From positions 2,704-66,703 of the forward strand of contig JBIQKJ010000016.1 in assembly GCA_044506615.1 (NCBI GenBank): a stretch of DNA of 64,000 bases, given 5' to 3'. Positions 25,241-34,294 of the stretch are shown here, one piece after another; positions within the stretch are counted from its first letter, which is position 1, and each line of letters opens with the position of its first letter. The DNA is from Chloroflexota bacterium (GTDB lineage Bacteria; Chloroflexota; Limnocylindria; Limnocylindrales; CSP1-4). The notes below the pieces were generated by a model. It saw only the letters and a program-made list of their open reading frames with translations. It searched no databases and was not told the origin of the DNA. A program made the translations under genes and the position numbers.

Positions 25241-25242
25241 GG

Positions 25243-26979
25243 CTATGCGGGCAGCAGCGCGGCGAACCGCTCGCGCACCTCGGCCGCGGTGGACGCCCCG
25301 AGCGATGCGCGTGCCAGCTCCTCGAGCTTCGCCGCGGACGACGCGCGGATCGCACGCCGCACCGGCGCAAGGCTCGCGTCGGCCATGCTCAGCACACGCA
25401 CCCCGAGCCCGACCAGGGCGAGCGCCGCGGCCGGGTCGCCGCCCATCTCGCCGCAGACGGAGAGCTCGACGCCCGCGGCGCGGCACTCGTCGACCGCGAT
25501 CGCGATGAGGCGCAGCAGCGCCGGGTGGAGCGAGTCGCGATAGCGTTCGAGCGCGGCGTTGCCGCGATCGGCCGCCATGGCGTACTGGAGCAGGTCGTTC
25601 GTGCCGAGGCTGGCGAACCGGAGCCGCCCGAGGAAGGACCGACCGACGAGCACCGCCGCCGGGATCTCGAGCATGACCCCGAGGTCCACCTCGCCGAACG
25701 GGATGCCGTCGCGCTCGAGCCCGGCCCGCGCCTCCGCGGCGAGGCCGAGGAGCACGTCGACGTCGGTCGCGTCCGCGACCATCGGGGCCATGACCTTGAC
25801 CCGCCCGCTCGGCCGATCGGCCGACGGAGCCGCGGCGCGCATGGCCGCGCGCAGCTGCGTCACGAAGATCCCGGGCTGCTCGGGCGCGAGCCGCAGGGCG
25901 CGCACGCCGAGGAACGGGTTGGCCTCGGGTGGGATCGGCAGGTAGGGGATCGGCTTGTCGCCACCGACGTCGAGGAGCCGGATCGTGACCGGGCCCGGCG
26001 CGAACGCCTCGACGACCGCGCGGTTGGCGGCGGTCTGCTCGTCCTCGGACGGCGGCGTCGACCGCTCGACGAACAGGAACTCGGTCCGGAAGAGCCCCAC
26101 GCCCTTCGCGCCGAGCGAGACGGCTCGGGCGGCCTCGGCCGGGCCGCCGATGTTCGCGAGCAGCACGACCTCGACGCCGTCCGTGGTGACCGCGGGCAGC
26201 GTCGCCTCCTCGAGCGCCCGGCGCCCGGCCGCCTCGGCTGCCTCGCGGCGGCGGTCGAGTCGCTCGCTCGTGGCGGCGTCGGGGTCGAAGACGACCTCGC
26301 CCGAATCGCCGTCGACGGCAAGCACCGAGCCGGTCCCGCCCGCTTCCGCGGCTGCCTGGAGGAGACCCGCCACCCCGACCACGGCCGGGATGCCGAACGC
26401 GCGGGCGAGGATCGCGGCGTGCGACGTCGCCGAGCCCTGCTCGAGCGCGAGGCCGAGGAGCCGGTCGCGCGGCAGACCGGCGGCAAGCGACGGCGGGATG
26501 TCCTCGGCGACGACGATCGACGGCTCCGTCAGCGTGACCGACCGGTCGATCCCGGCGAGGCGGGCCGCGATCCGCTCGGCCACGTCGAGCACGTCCGCGG
26601 CACGCGCGGCGAGCAGCTCGTCGTCGAGGCTCCGCAGCATCCCGGCCACGGACGCAGCGGCGGATCGGATCGCCGCGACGCCGTCATCCCCGTCCCGGAT
26701 CGCGCTCGTCGCCGTGTCGAGCAGTGCGGGATCGAGCGCCATCGCGGCCTGTGCCTCGAAGATCTCGCCCTCGGCGGGGCGACCGGCCGCGGCGACGGCC
26801 CGTGCCAGCTCCTCGAGCTCGGCCGCGGCCTCGTCCCGTGCCCGCGTCAGCCGCTCGATCTCCTCGTCGGCACGTGCCGGGTCGATCCGTCCGCCCGCCG
26901 GCGCAGCCGCCGCCTCGATCCGGACCCACGGTCCCCGCGCGACCCCGCCCGAGGCCGCCACGCCGCGGAGTGTCTGCAT
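25243..26979 (-). CDS. ptsI: Phosphoenolpyruvate-protein phosphotransferase (PTS Enzyme I)
   Basis: ATG 26979 after AAGGAG. GSATSHAAILARAFGIPAVVG (phospho-His), FRTEFLF, LGTNDLLQYAMAADR, SVCGEMGGDP. No HPr-like ORF seen nearby. Confidence 0.85.
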   Translation of the reverse strand: MQTLRGVAASGGVARGPWVRIEAAAAPAGGRIDPARADEEIERLTRARDEAAAELEELARAVAAAGRPAEGEIFEAQAAMALDPALLDTATSAIRDGDDGVAAIRSAAASVAGMLRSLDDELLAARAADVLDVAERIAARLAGIDRSVTLTEPSIVVAEDIPPSLAAGLPRDRLLGLALEQGSATSHAAILARAFGIPAVVGVAGLLQAAAEAGGTGSVLAVDGDSGEVVFDPDAATSERLDRRREAAEAAGRRALEEATLPAVTTDGVEVVLLANIGGPAEAARAVSLGAKGVGLFRTEFLFVERSTPPSEDEQTAANRAVVEAFAPGPVTIRLLDVGGDKPIPYLPIPPEANPFLGVRALRLAPEQPGIFVTQLRAAMRAAAPSADRPSGRVKVMAPMVADATDVDVLLGLAAEARAGLERDGIPFGEVDLGVMLEIPAAVLVGRSFLGRLRFASLGTNDLLQYAMAADRGNAALERYRDSLHPALLRLIAIAVDECRAAGVELSVCGEMGGDPAAALALVGLGVRVLSMADASLAPVRRAIRASSAAKLEELARASLGASTAAEVRERFAALLPA

Positions 26980-27093
26980 GTGGTCGTCTCCTTCGTTCCG
27001 GGGACGCCTCGCACGCCTCTCCCAAGCGTAGCGCCGGACGTCGACCACCGTCCCGGCAGCTGCGGAGGCGCGGCGGCGCGACGCAGCGGCCGG

Positions 27094-28032
27094 CTACAGC
27101 CCGCTGTAGGCGTGGAGGCCCGAGAACCAGAGCGAGCCGGAGTAGGTGACGAGCACCATCCCGAAGCCGATCACGAGCAGCAGCGCGGCAGGTCGGCCGG
27201 CCCACGACCGCTGGTTCCGGGCGTGGAGGTAGACCGCGTAGGTCAGCCACGTGACGAGCGCCGCGGTCTCCTTCGGATCCCAGCCCCAGTAGCGCGACCA
27301 GGCGATCGACGCCCACCACGAGCCGAGGATGATCATCGTCGCGAAGATCGGGAACCCGATGATCACCGCCCGGTAGGCGACCTCGTCGAGCACCTTGTGC
27401 GACGGCAGCCAGGAGAACCGGTCGTCGCGGCCCTGGACGAGGTATGCCACGCCGGCGGCGAAGCTCGTCGCGAAGATCCCGTACGAAATGACGGCCATCC
27501 CGACGTGGATCGTGAGCAGCGGCGGGTTCTGGAGCGCGGGCTGGAGCGCCTCGATCTGCGACGGCAGGCTCGACGCGTAGAGCAGCAGCGCGAACGCGAC
27601 GCCGACCGGGATGAACCCGATCGACCGGATCGGGTAGCGCCGCTCGAGGAGCAGGTAGCCGCCGACGACCGACGTCGCGAACGCCGCGCTGAACTCGTAG
27701 AGGTTGCCCCAGGGGCCGCGTCCGACGAGCACGCCCCGGATCACGAGCGACGCGACGAGCGCCGCGAACCCGGCGAGGGCGAGCCACACCGCGACCCGCG
27801 AGAGGAGGCTGGGGGAGGCGCTCAGCTCCGGCGCCTGCGAGGCGGCACGGACGCGGCCCTCGACGAACGAGCCGGTCACGACGCCCGCGTACGCGGGCTG
27901 CGGCCCGGGCGCGAGCGCCGCGAGCGCGCGACGTCCGTTCGCGAGCAGCACCGCATGCCCGACGTGCGCCGCAAAGCCGAGCCCGACGAGGATCGTCCCG
28001 ATCGAGAAGAGTGCGAAGGAGAGAGTCGCCAT
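27094..28032 (-). CDS. Cytochrome c assembly family membrane protein (CcsA/ResC/HemX-type, PF01578-like)
   Basis: Polytopic protein. Trp-rich signature SRYWGWDPKETAALVTWLTYAVYLHAR. Confidence 0.8.
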   Translation of the reverse strand: MATLSFALFSIGTILVGLGFAAHVGHAVLLANGRRALAALAPGPQPAYAGVVTGSFVEGRVRAASQAPELSASPSLLSRVAVWLALAGFAALVASLVIRGVLVGRGPWGNLYEFSAAFATSVVGGYLLLERRYPIRSIGFIPVGVAFALLLYASSLPSQIEALQPALQNPPLLTIHVGMAVISYGIFATSFAAGVAYLVQGRDDRFSWLPSHKVLDEVAYRAVIIGFPIFATMIILGSWWASIAWSRYWGWDPKETAALVTWLTYAVYLHARNQRSWAGRPAALLLVIGFGMVLVTYSGSLWFSGLHAYSGL

Positions 28033-28086
28033 GGCTGTTGCCTCAGGGACGCGGAGAGCTGGTCGTCGGTTGCGCCTCGATCGTCG

Positions 28087-28566
28087 TCAGGCGACCGCGG
28101 CGCCGCCCGGCTTCGGGCGACCGCGGCGGACCGCGACGGCGCGGTTCTCGATCTTCAGGACGAGGCCGCAGTTGCCGCAGGTGTCGAACTGCGCGGAGCG
28201 ACCGACGCCGCACATCGGGCAGGTCACCGCGAGGTCGTCGCCGCAGCGCTCGCAGCGCATCGTGCCCGACGGGTAGACGAGCGCGTCGCGCCGGCAGAAG
28301 GGCAGGCCCGCCGGGAACACCGGCTGCCCCGCCGCGTCGAGCTCCGCGGTACGCGGACCCTCCTCGTAGCTGACCTTCACCCGGGGCTTGCGGAGCTGGT
28401 AGATGACCGTGCCGAGCGCGAGGAACGTCAGCAGCGGGCCCACGACGCCGAGGAAGATGAACACGGGCAGCAGCAGGATCAGCGCGCCCCAGTCCGGCAT
28501 CACGAAGAGCGAGGTCACGTCGAGGATCGTGTTCCACAGCCCTTCGAGGGCCTCGATGATCGTCAC
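28087..28566 (-). CDS. Small membrane protein with C-terminal Cys-rich zinc-ribbon domain
   Basis: GTG 28566. Two hydrophobic helices, then RCERCG...TCPMCG...TCGNCG (three CxxC pairs). No ResB features. Confidence 0.6.
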   Translation of the reverse strand: MTIIEALEGLWNTILDVTSLFVMPDWGALILLLPVFIFLGVVGPLLTFLALGTVIYQLRKPRVKVSYEEGPRTAELDAAGQPVFPAGLPFCRRDALVYPSGTMRCERCGDDLAVTCPMCGVGRSAQFDTCGNCGLVLKIENRAVAVRRGRPKPGGAAVA

Positions 28567-28594
28567 GGTCGCATCCTAGCAGGGGCGGCGGCGA

Positions 28595-29176
28595 TCATCC
28601 GGGCCGCTCCCGGCGAGGCGCCTTGCGGCCCGGTCCACGCTTCGTCGTGGCGCCGCGTCCGGGCCGCCAACCCGGCCGGTCCTCGGCGTCCTCGTCCGGG
28701 CCCGTCGGTGGCGGAGCGGCCGGCGGCCTGGGGTTCCCGGCCGCCGGGGCAGCGAGCCGTCCGCGGGAGAGCCGCCCGATCAGCCACGCCGCCCCCGCGC
28801 TTCGCGCACCCCGGCTCCTGAGCCGATGGCGCAGGTCCGCATCGTCGGTCACGACCAGCACCCCCGCGGTCGCGTCCGGCCCTGCGTCGGACCGAACCTC
28901 GTCGACGAGCGAGAGGATGAGGCTGTCGGCCGAACGCGCGCCGGAGTACCGCACCCTTAGGCCGTGCGCGATCCGCTCGCCGCGCAGGCCCCGCTCCGGC
29001 GGCCCGTCGAAGACGAGCTCGATCGCGATGTCGGCGGGGACGACCGCCCGCAACCGACCGACGAGGGCGGCGGCCGGCTGCGGCTCGGGTCCGCGGCTGA
29101 GCGCGTGCAGCAGGTTCGAGCCGTCGACGAGGAGCCGGGTCGTCAGCGCGAGCGGGTCGCGAGGTCGGTCGGTCAC
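28595..29176 (-). CDS. NYN-domain (YacP/Rae1-like) predicted ribonuclease with basic/Pro-rich tail
   Basis: LLVDGSNLLHAL...IELVFDG...VRYSGARSADSLI...VLVVTDDADLR matches the YacP-like NYN layout. Confidence 0.7.
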   Translation of the reverse strand: MTDRPRDPLALTTRLLVDGSNLLHALSRGPEPQPAAALVGRLRAVVPADIAIELVFDGPPERGLRGERIAHGLRVRYSGARSADSLILSLVDEVRSDAGPDATAGVLVVTDDADLRHRLRSRGARSAGAAWLIGRLSRGRLAAPAAGNPRPPAAPPPTGPDEDAEDRPGWRPGRGATTKRGPGRKAPRRERPG

Positions 29177-29241
29177 GGCGAGAGCATAGGCCCGCGCGCC
29201 TCGTGACTGGTCGCGGACGGGTCGGGCGGGCTCGGGCTACG

Positions 29242-30150
29242 ATGCGGCCCGTGAGTCTCCTCCTGCTCGTCGACCTCGACGGGGTCGTGTACCGCGGCGC
29301 CGATCCCGTTCCCGGGGTCGCGGCCGTGCTCGCCCAGCGCGCCGCCCAGGGTGACGACGTCGTCTACGTCACCAACAACTCGATGCACTACCGGGCCGAC
29401 TACCTCACTCGGCTGTCGGCGATGGGGGCCCCGGTCAGCGCCGACACCGTCGTCTCCTCCGCGCGGGCCACGGCCCTGTACCTGACCGAGCAGGACCCGC
29501 CGATCCGGCGCGTCCTCGTCTTCGGCGCCGGCGGGCTGGAGCGCGAGGCGCGCGACGTCGGTCTCGACGTGGTTACGGCGGCCTACGCCGCGACGCGCAT
29601 GCAGCAGGAGGGGATCGACGGGTTCGCCGCGGCAGGCGAGCCGGACGCCGTCCTCGTCGGGCTCGACCCGGCCTTGACCTACCTCCGGATGGCCGCCGCC
29701 GCCGACTGCATCCGTGCCGGCGCCCGGTTCATCGCCACGAACCGCGATCCGATCTACCCGACAGAGCGCGGTCTCCGGCCCGGCGCCGGGTCCGTGGTCG
29801 CCGCCATCGAGGCAACGACCGGCGTGACGCCGGTCTCGATCGGCAAGCCCGCGCCGCGCCTGCTCGAGATCGCCGCGCACGCCGTGGGCCGCGACCCGGG
29901 CGAGGCGATCATGATCGGCGACGGCATCCTGACGGACCTCGCCGCCGCGAACGCCCTCGGGATGCGCTGCGTGTTCATGCTCACCGGGGTGTCGACGCGC
30001 GAGCAGCTGCGCGCGCTGGCGCCGCGCGACCAGCCGGTCGCGGTGGCCGAGGACGCGGCCGAGCTGGCGGCGGCGCTCGACCGGCTCGCCGCGGCCGACG
30101 CCGTCGCGGCGGACCAGGGAGACCGGCTCGAGCAGCCCGCGCCGCGCTGA
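29242..30150 (+). CDS. HAD-IIA family hydrolase (NagD-like phosphatase)
   Basis: LLLVDLDGVVYRG (DxD nucleophile motif), VTNNS, IGKP, MIGDGILTDL. Start ATG 29242 or GTG 29251 is uncertain. Confidence 0.8.
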   Translation: MRPVSLLLLVDLDGVVYRGADPVPGVAAVLAQRAAQGDDVVYVTNNSMHYRADYLTRLSAMGAPVSADTVVSSARATALYLTEQDPPIRRVLVFGAGGLEREARDVGLDVVTAAYAATRMQQEGIDGFAAAGEPDAVLVGLDPALTYLRMAAAADCIRAGARFIATNRDPIYPTERGLRPGAGSVVAAIEATTGVTPVSIGKPAPRLLEIAAHAVGRDPGEAIMIGDGILTDLAAANALGMRCVFMLTGVSTREQLRALAPRDQPVAVAEDAAELAAALDRLAAADAVAADQGDRLEQPAPR

Positions 30151-30173
30151 GGCGCACCGGCGACGGGAACCGA

Positions 30174-31043
30174 ATGCCCACCGCAGCGCGTCTCTCGCGC
30201 ATGCACCGAACTCGGCTCGGCCTCCTGGCCGCCTTCGTCCTGGTCCTCGCCGCGTGCAGCGGCGCCGGTACCGCCACACCGTCCGGCGGGTCGGTCTCGC
30301 CAAGCCCCTCGTCGCCGCCGTCCGCCCCACCGAGCGTGGCGCCGTCGGGCCCCATCGATCCGAGCGGCGGCTGGCTGCTGGTCGGCGGCACTGCCGGCGG
30401 GCGGCCGATTCCCATGGTCCCCGGCGCCGACATCACGTTCGAGGTCGACGGCTCGACGGTGAGCGGCCGGTCGGCCTGCAACCAGTACTTCGGGGAGTTC
30501 GTCGTCGAGAACGGCGTCGTGCGGCTCGGGGGGCTGGGCGGCACCGAGATGGGCTGCGATGAGCCGGTGATGGCGTCCGAGCTCGCCTACATGCAGGCGC
30601 TCGCCCAGGTCACGGCCGCGCGGATGGACGGCGAGCAGCTCGTGCTGCTCGGTGAGGGCGTCGAGCTGCGCTTCGAGCGGATCGATCCGCCGCCGACCGC
30701 CGAGTTGGTCGGCACGACGTGGCTGCTCGACGGGCTCGTCAGCGGTGACGCGGTCGCATCGACGATCGGCGAGCCGGCGACGCTCGAGCTCGACGCCGAC
30801 GGCACGTTCCTGGCGACGACCGGCTGCCGGACGCTGACGGGCCGGTACACGACCAGCGGGACCGTTGTCCAGGTCACCGAGATGACCGCCGACGGCGACT
30901 GTGCGGGCGGACCGGCGGACCAGGATGCCCACGTGATCGAGGTGCTCGAGGGCGGCTTCCGGGCGGACATCACCGAGCAGACGCTGACCCTGACCGGCGA
31001 CGGCGGGCGAGGCCTCGTCTATCGCGTCGCCGAGGTCATGTAG
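30174..31043 (+). CDS. Lipoprotein with two META (HslJ-like) domains
   Basis: Lipobox VLVLAACSG. SGRSACNQYFGEF...GGTEMGC and ATTGCRTLTGRY are META-domain signatures. Start ATG 30174 or 30201. Confidence 0.75.
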   Translation: MPTAARLSRMHRTRLGLLAAFVLVLAACSGAGTATPSGGSVSPSPSSPPSAPPSVAPSGPIDPSGGWLLVGGTAGGRPIPMVPGADITFEVDGSTVSGRSACNQYFGEFVVENGVVRLGGLGGTEMGCDEPVMASELAYMQALAQVTAARMDGEQLVLLGEGVELRFERIDPPPTAELVGTTWLLDGLVSGDAVASTIGEPATLELDADGTFLATTGCRTLTGRYTTSGTVVQVTEMTADGDCAGGPADQDAHVIEVLEGGFRADITEQTLTLTGDGGRGLVYRVAEVM

Positions 31044-31052
31044 CGCCGGGGC

Positions 31053-32132
31053 TCAGCCCGCACCCGCCTCCAGCTCGGCGATCCCGGCGGCCCACGCGTC
31101 GAACGCCGCGCGAAGCGGCGCGAGCGTCGCCTCGTCGGCGAAGGCGACCTCGAGCGCGTGCCGGTCGATCGCCCACAGCTCGGGGGGCGTCAGGCCGATC
31201 TGCTCGACCGCGCGGGCGTACTCCTCGGCGAGCGTGATGTCGGAGACCGTCGTGTCGTCCGTGCTGAGCGTGACCGGCACCCCGGCCCGGTGGAGCCGGG
31301 CGATCGGGTGGGCGGCCACCGACGGGACGATCCCGGCCTGGGCATTCGAGGTGGGGCACAGGTCGAGCGTCACCCCGCGGTCGATCAGCTCGCGGCACAG
31401 CGGGGGGTCGTCGACCGCGCCCGGACCGTGGGCGATGCGCTCCGGGTCGACCGCCAGCGCCCGGCGCACCTGCGCGGCGCCGCCCCACTCGCCGGCATGG
31501 AGCGTGATCCGGAGGCCGCCCGACCGCGCCGCCTCGAACGCGCGAGCATGGGTCAGCGGGTCCGGGAACGCGGCCTCCGGACCGGCCAGGTCCCACCCGG
31601 TCAGTCCCTCGTCCACGAAGCGTGCCGCGGTCTCGGCGAGCGTGACGTTGTCCTCGGGAGCGTGGGAGCGGAGCGCCGTGCAGATCAGCCGGACGACCGT
31701 GCCGTACCGCTCCCCGGCGGCGCGCGCCCCGCGCACGACCGCGGCGATGCCGTCGGCGAGCGGCAGCCGGCGCGCGACGTGGAGGAGCGGGCCCCAGCGA
31801 ACCTCGACGTAGCGGACGTGCTCGGCGGCCTTCGTCTCGACGAGCTCCCAGGCGATCCGCTCGAGCGCCTCGGCGTCCTGCATGAGCGCGATCGGCAGGT
31901 CGAACGCGCGCAGCAGCTCGGCCTGATCCTCGCAACGCTCGGGGGCGACGAGCGCACCGAACATCCCCGCCCAGTCGCGCGGCGCCTCGACGCCCCGGGT
32001 GCGGGCGAGCTCGAGCGCCGTGTCGACCCGGAGCGACCCGTCTAGGTGGAGGTGGAGCTCGGCCTTCGGCATGGCCTCGACGAGGCGTCGGAGCGGCGCG
32101 CCGGCGAGGGCGGGGGATCGGGGCTCGTCCAT
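31053..32132 (-). CDS. add: Adenosine deaminase
   Basis: PKAELHLHLDGSLR, VRYVEVR, ITLHAGE, LCPTSN, STDD: the full adenosine deaminase motif set. Confidence 0.9.
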   Translation of the reverse strand: MDEPRSPALAGAPLRRLVEAMPKAELHLHLDGSLRVDTALELARTRGVEAPRDWAGMFGALVAPERCEDQAELLRAFDLPIALMQDAEALERIAWELVETKAAEHVRYVEVRWGPLLHVARRLPLADGIAAVVRGARAAGERYGTVVRLICTALRSHAPEDNVTLAETAARFVDEGLTGWDLAGPEAAFPDPLTHARAFEAARSGGLRITLHAGEWGGAAQVRRALAVDPERIAHGPGAVDDPPLCRELIDRGVTLDLCPTSNAQAGIVPSVAAHPIARLHRAGVPVTLSTDDTTVSDITLAEEYARAVEQIGLTPPELWAIDRHALEVAFADEATLAPLRAAFDAWAAGIAELEAGAG

Positions 32133-32206
32133 GACGCGATGCTACGATTCCGCGCCGGCCGCGGCTGACCGACGCGGCCCGTTCGAGACGCAGGAGCCCG
32201 TCGACC

Positions 32207-33181
32207 ATGGCCACGATCCTCGTCACCGGCGCGAGCGGGTTCGTCGGAAGCCACGCGATCCCCGAGCTGCTCGCCGGCGGCCACCGGGTCGTCGCGCTGG
32301 TCCGGACGCCGACCGCCGGCGAGATCGTCCTGGGACGGCTCAGCGCCGGCGAGCGCGCGGGCGTCGAAACGCGACTGGGCGACGTCACCCGACCCGACAC
32401 GATCCGCGCGGCCCTCGACGGCATCGACGCGGTGCTCCACCTCGTCGCGATCCCCCGCGACTTCTCCGGTGGCGCGGAGCTTCGGCTGATCAACCTCGAG
32501 GGCACCCGGACCGTCGTGCGCTCGATGGAGTCGGCCGGCATCCGGCGGCTCGTGCACATGGGCGCGATGGGCGTCGCCGAGGACCCGGACCTGCGGTACG
32601 CGTCCTCGAAGGCGGCGGCCGAACGGCTCGTCAGCGAGTCCGGCCTCGACTGGACGATCCTCAAGCCGTCGCTCCAGTTCGGTCCGCGGGACGGCTTCTT
32701 CAACATCGTCGCCGACCTCGCCCGGCTGTCGCCCGGGCTCATCCCGGTCCCCGGCGACGGGTCGAGCCGGTTCCAGCCGATCCACGCCGGCGACGTCGGT
32801 CGCGTGGTCCGGATCGCCATCGACGACGCGTCGACGATCGGGGGGACGTTCGAGATCGGTGGTCCGCGCTACTGGACGTATCGGGAGATCACCGCGGAGG
32901 TGCTCCGCGCGCTCGGGAAGCGGCGGATCATCGTCCCCATGCCCGTGCCGCTCATCGCGCTCGTTGCCCGCTCGGCCGAGCTCGTGCGGTTCCCGTTCCC
33001 GGTCGCGTCCGACCAGCTCCGCCAGCTCCGGCTCGACAACATCGGGCCGCTCGGGCTGGTCGAGGAGCGATTCGGCTTCCGGCCGCGGGACATGGCCGGG
33101 GAGCTCGGGTACCTGCGCCACCGGGTGCGCGACCAGGAGCCGATCCGCCTGGGCGCGGCGGAGCGCGGCGAGGCCGGCTGA
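32207..33181 (+). CDS. NAD(P)H-binding atypical SDR (NmrA / NDUFA9-like)
   Basis: MATILVTGASGFVGSHAIPELLAGGHRVVALVR. AGGAG 11 nt upstream. Confidence 0.8.
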   Translation: MATILVTGASGFVGSHAIPELLAGGHRVVALVRTPTAGEIVLGRLSAGERAGVETRLGDVTRPDTIRAALDGIDAVLHLVAIPRDFSGGAELRLINLEGTRTVVRSMESAGIRRLVHMGAMGVAEDPDLRYASSKAAAERLVSESGLDWTILKPSLQFGPRDGFFNIVADLARLSPGLIPVPGDGSSRFQPIHAGDVGRVVRIAIDDASTIGGTFEIGGPRYWTYREITAEVLRALGKRRIIVPMPVPLIALVARSAELVRFPFPVASDQLRQLRLDNIGPLGLVEERFGFRPRDMAGELGYLRHRVRDQEPIRLGAAERGEAG

Positions 33182-33218
33182 TGCGACCGCACCCGTGTCC
33201 GGGTGACGCCGGGGTTCC

Positions 33219-34181
33219 GTGCCCGTGAGGCGGCTGGGGACCGGCGCGCGAGCCGCCGTCTGGCTGGCGGTCGCGCTGCTCTTCTCGGCCGGCGCCGCGG
33301 GCATCGTGACGGCGATGGACCACGTCCCGGGGACCGCGGCGCGCCCCGAGCTGACGTGGGCCGGCGACCGCGCTGCACTTGCGGCTCTCGACCCGATCGA
33401 GGATCGGCTGCGCGGTCTCCAGGGCAGGCTCGACGAGCTCGGGATCCAGGGACGCGGTGCGCTTGCCGCGCTCACCGGTCAGGATCTCCCGACGGTCCGG
33501 GAGGCGGTCGACGCGGGCGGCGCCCTGGTCTCCGGGCTCCGTTCCGAATCCGCCCGGATCCGAGCCGAGCTCGCCGGCGTGCCGGGCGTGAGCGGCCCCG
33601 CCGCGCGCCTCACCACATCCGATGCGGTCCGGCGACGTCATGCGCTGATGGTCGAGGCCGCGGAGACGACCGACGGTCTCGGTGAGGCGTGGGCGCGGCT
33701 CGCCGCCGGTGCCCCGTCGGCGGCCCGGCTGGCGCAGCTCCTCACCGACCACGACCGGCTCATGGGCGAGGCGCTCGCCGAGGGGCGCGCGGCCCGCTAC
33801 CGGGCGGCCATCGAGCAGATCGAGGAGGCGTCGGCGCTGCTCGACGAGGCGCGCGACGTCCGCGACGGCCTCGCGAACACAGTCGACGTGGCGACCCTCG
33901 ACGAGTGGATCGACCGGAACCGCGCGTACGAGGACGCGCTGCGCACGCTCTACGACGCGCTCCGACGATCGGGCGGACGGGTCAACCCCGCGGTCCGCGA
34001 GGCGCTGCAGGTGCACGACGCGGCCCGCGACCGGCTGCCGCCCGACAGCCGCGGGCTGGTGGTGATCATGGGCGAGATCGGGCTCGGCGGGTTGAACGGG
34101 GCGGTCATCACGATCGAGGAAGCACGCGGGGCGCTCGCCACGGCTCTGGAGGACCTCGACAGCGACGCGGCCGGAGGCTGA
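33219..34181 (+). CDS. Hypothetical N-terminally membrane-anchored, largely helical protein
   Basis: GTG 33219. One N-terminal TM (AAVWLAVALLFSAGAAGIV). Coding-like composition. No motif recognised. Confidence 0.5.
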   Translation: MPVRRLGTGARAAVWLAVALLFSAGAAGIVTAMDHVPGTAARPELTWAGDRAALAALDPIEDRLRGLQGRLDELGIQGRGALAALTGQDLPTVREAVDAGGALVSGLRSESARIRAELAGVPGVSGPAARLTTSDAVRRRHALMVEAAETTDGLGEAWARLAAGAPSAARLAQLLTDHDRLMGEALAEGRAARYRAAIEQIEEASALLDEARDVRDGLANTVDVATLDEWIDRNRAYEDALRTLYDALRRSGGRVNPAVREALQVHDAARDRLPPDSRGLVVIMGEIGLGGLNGAVITIEEARGALATALEDLDSDAAGG

Positions 34182-34294
34182 CCCACGCGGCCTCGGCTGA
34201 CGCCGCGACCCCGTCCGCCGAGTACACTGCGGCCAACCCACGAGCGTCCGCGCCGCGTCCGAGCGCGTCGACCCAGCCGGAGGAGCCTGTCCGC

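Noticed and set aside
28087-28566. Possibility that this ORF is ResB/CcsB, the usual partner encoded upstream of CcsA.
   Set aside because: Far too short (159 aa versus about 500). It has no large extracytoplasmic domain and no conserved TM His pattern. It carries CxxC zinc-ribbon motifs instead.
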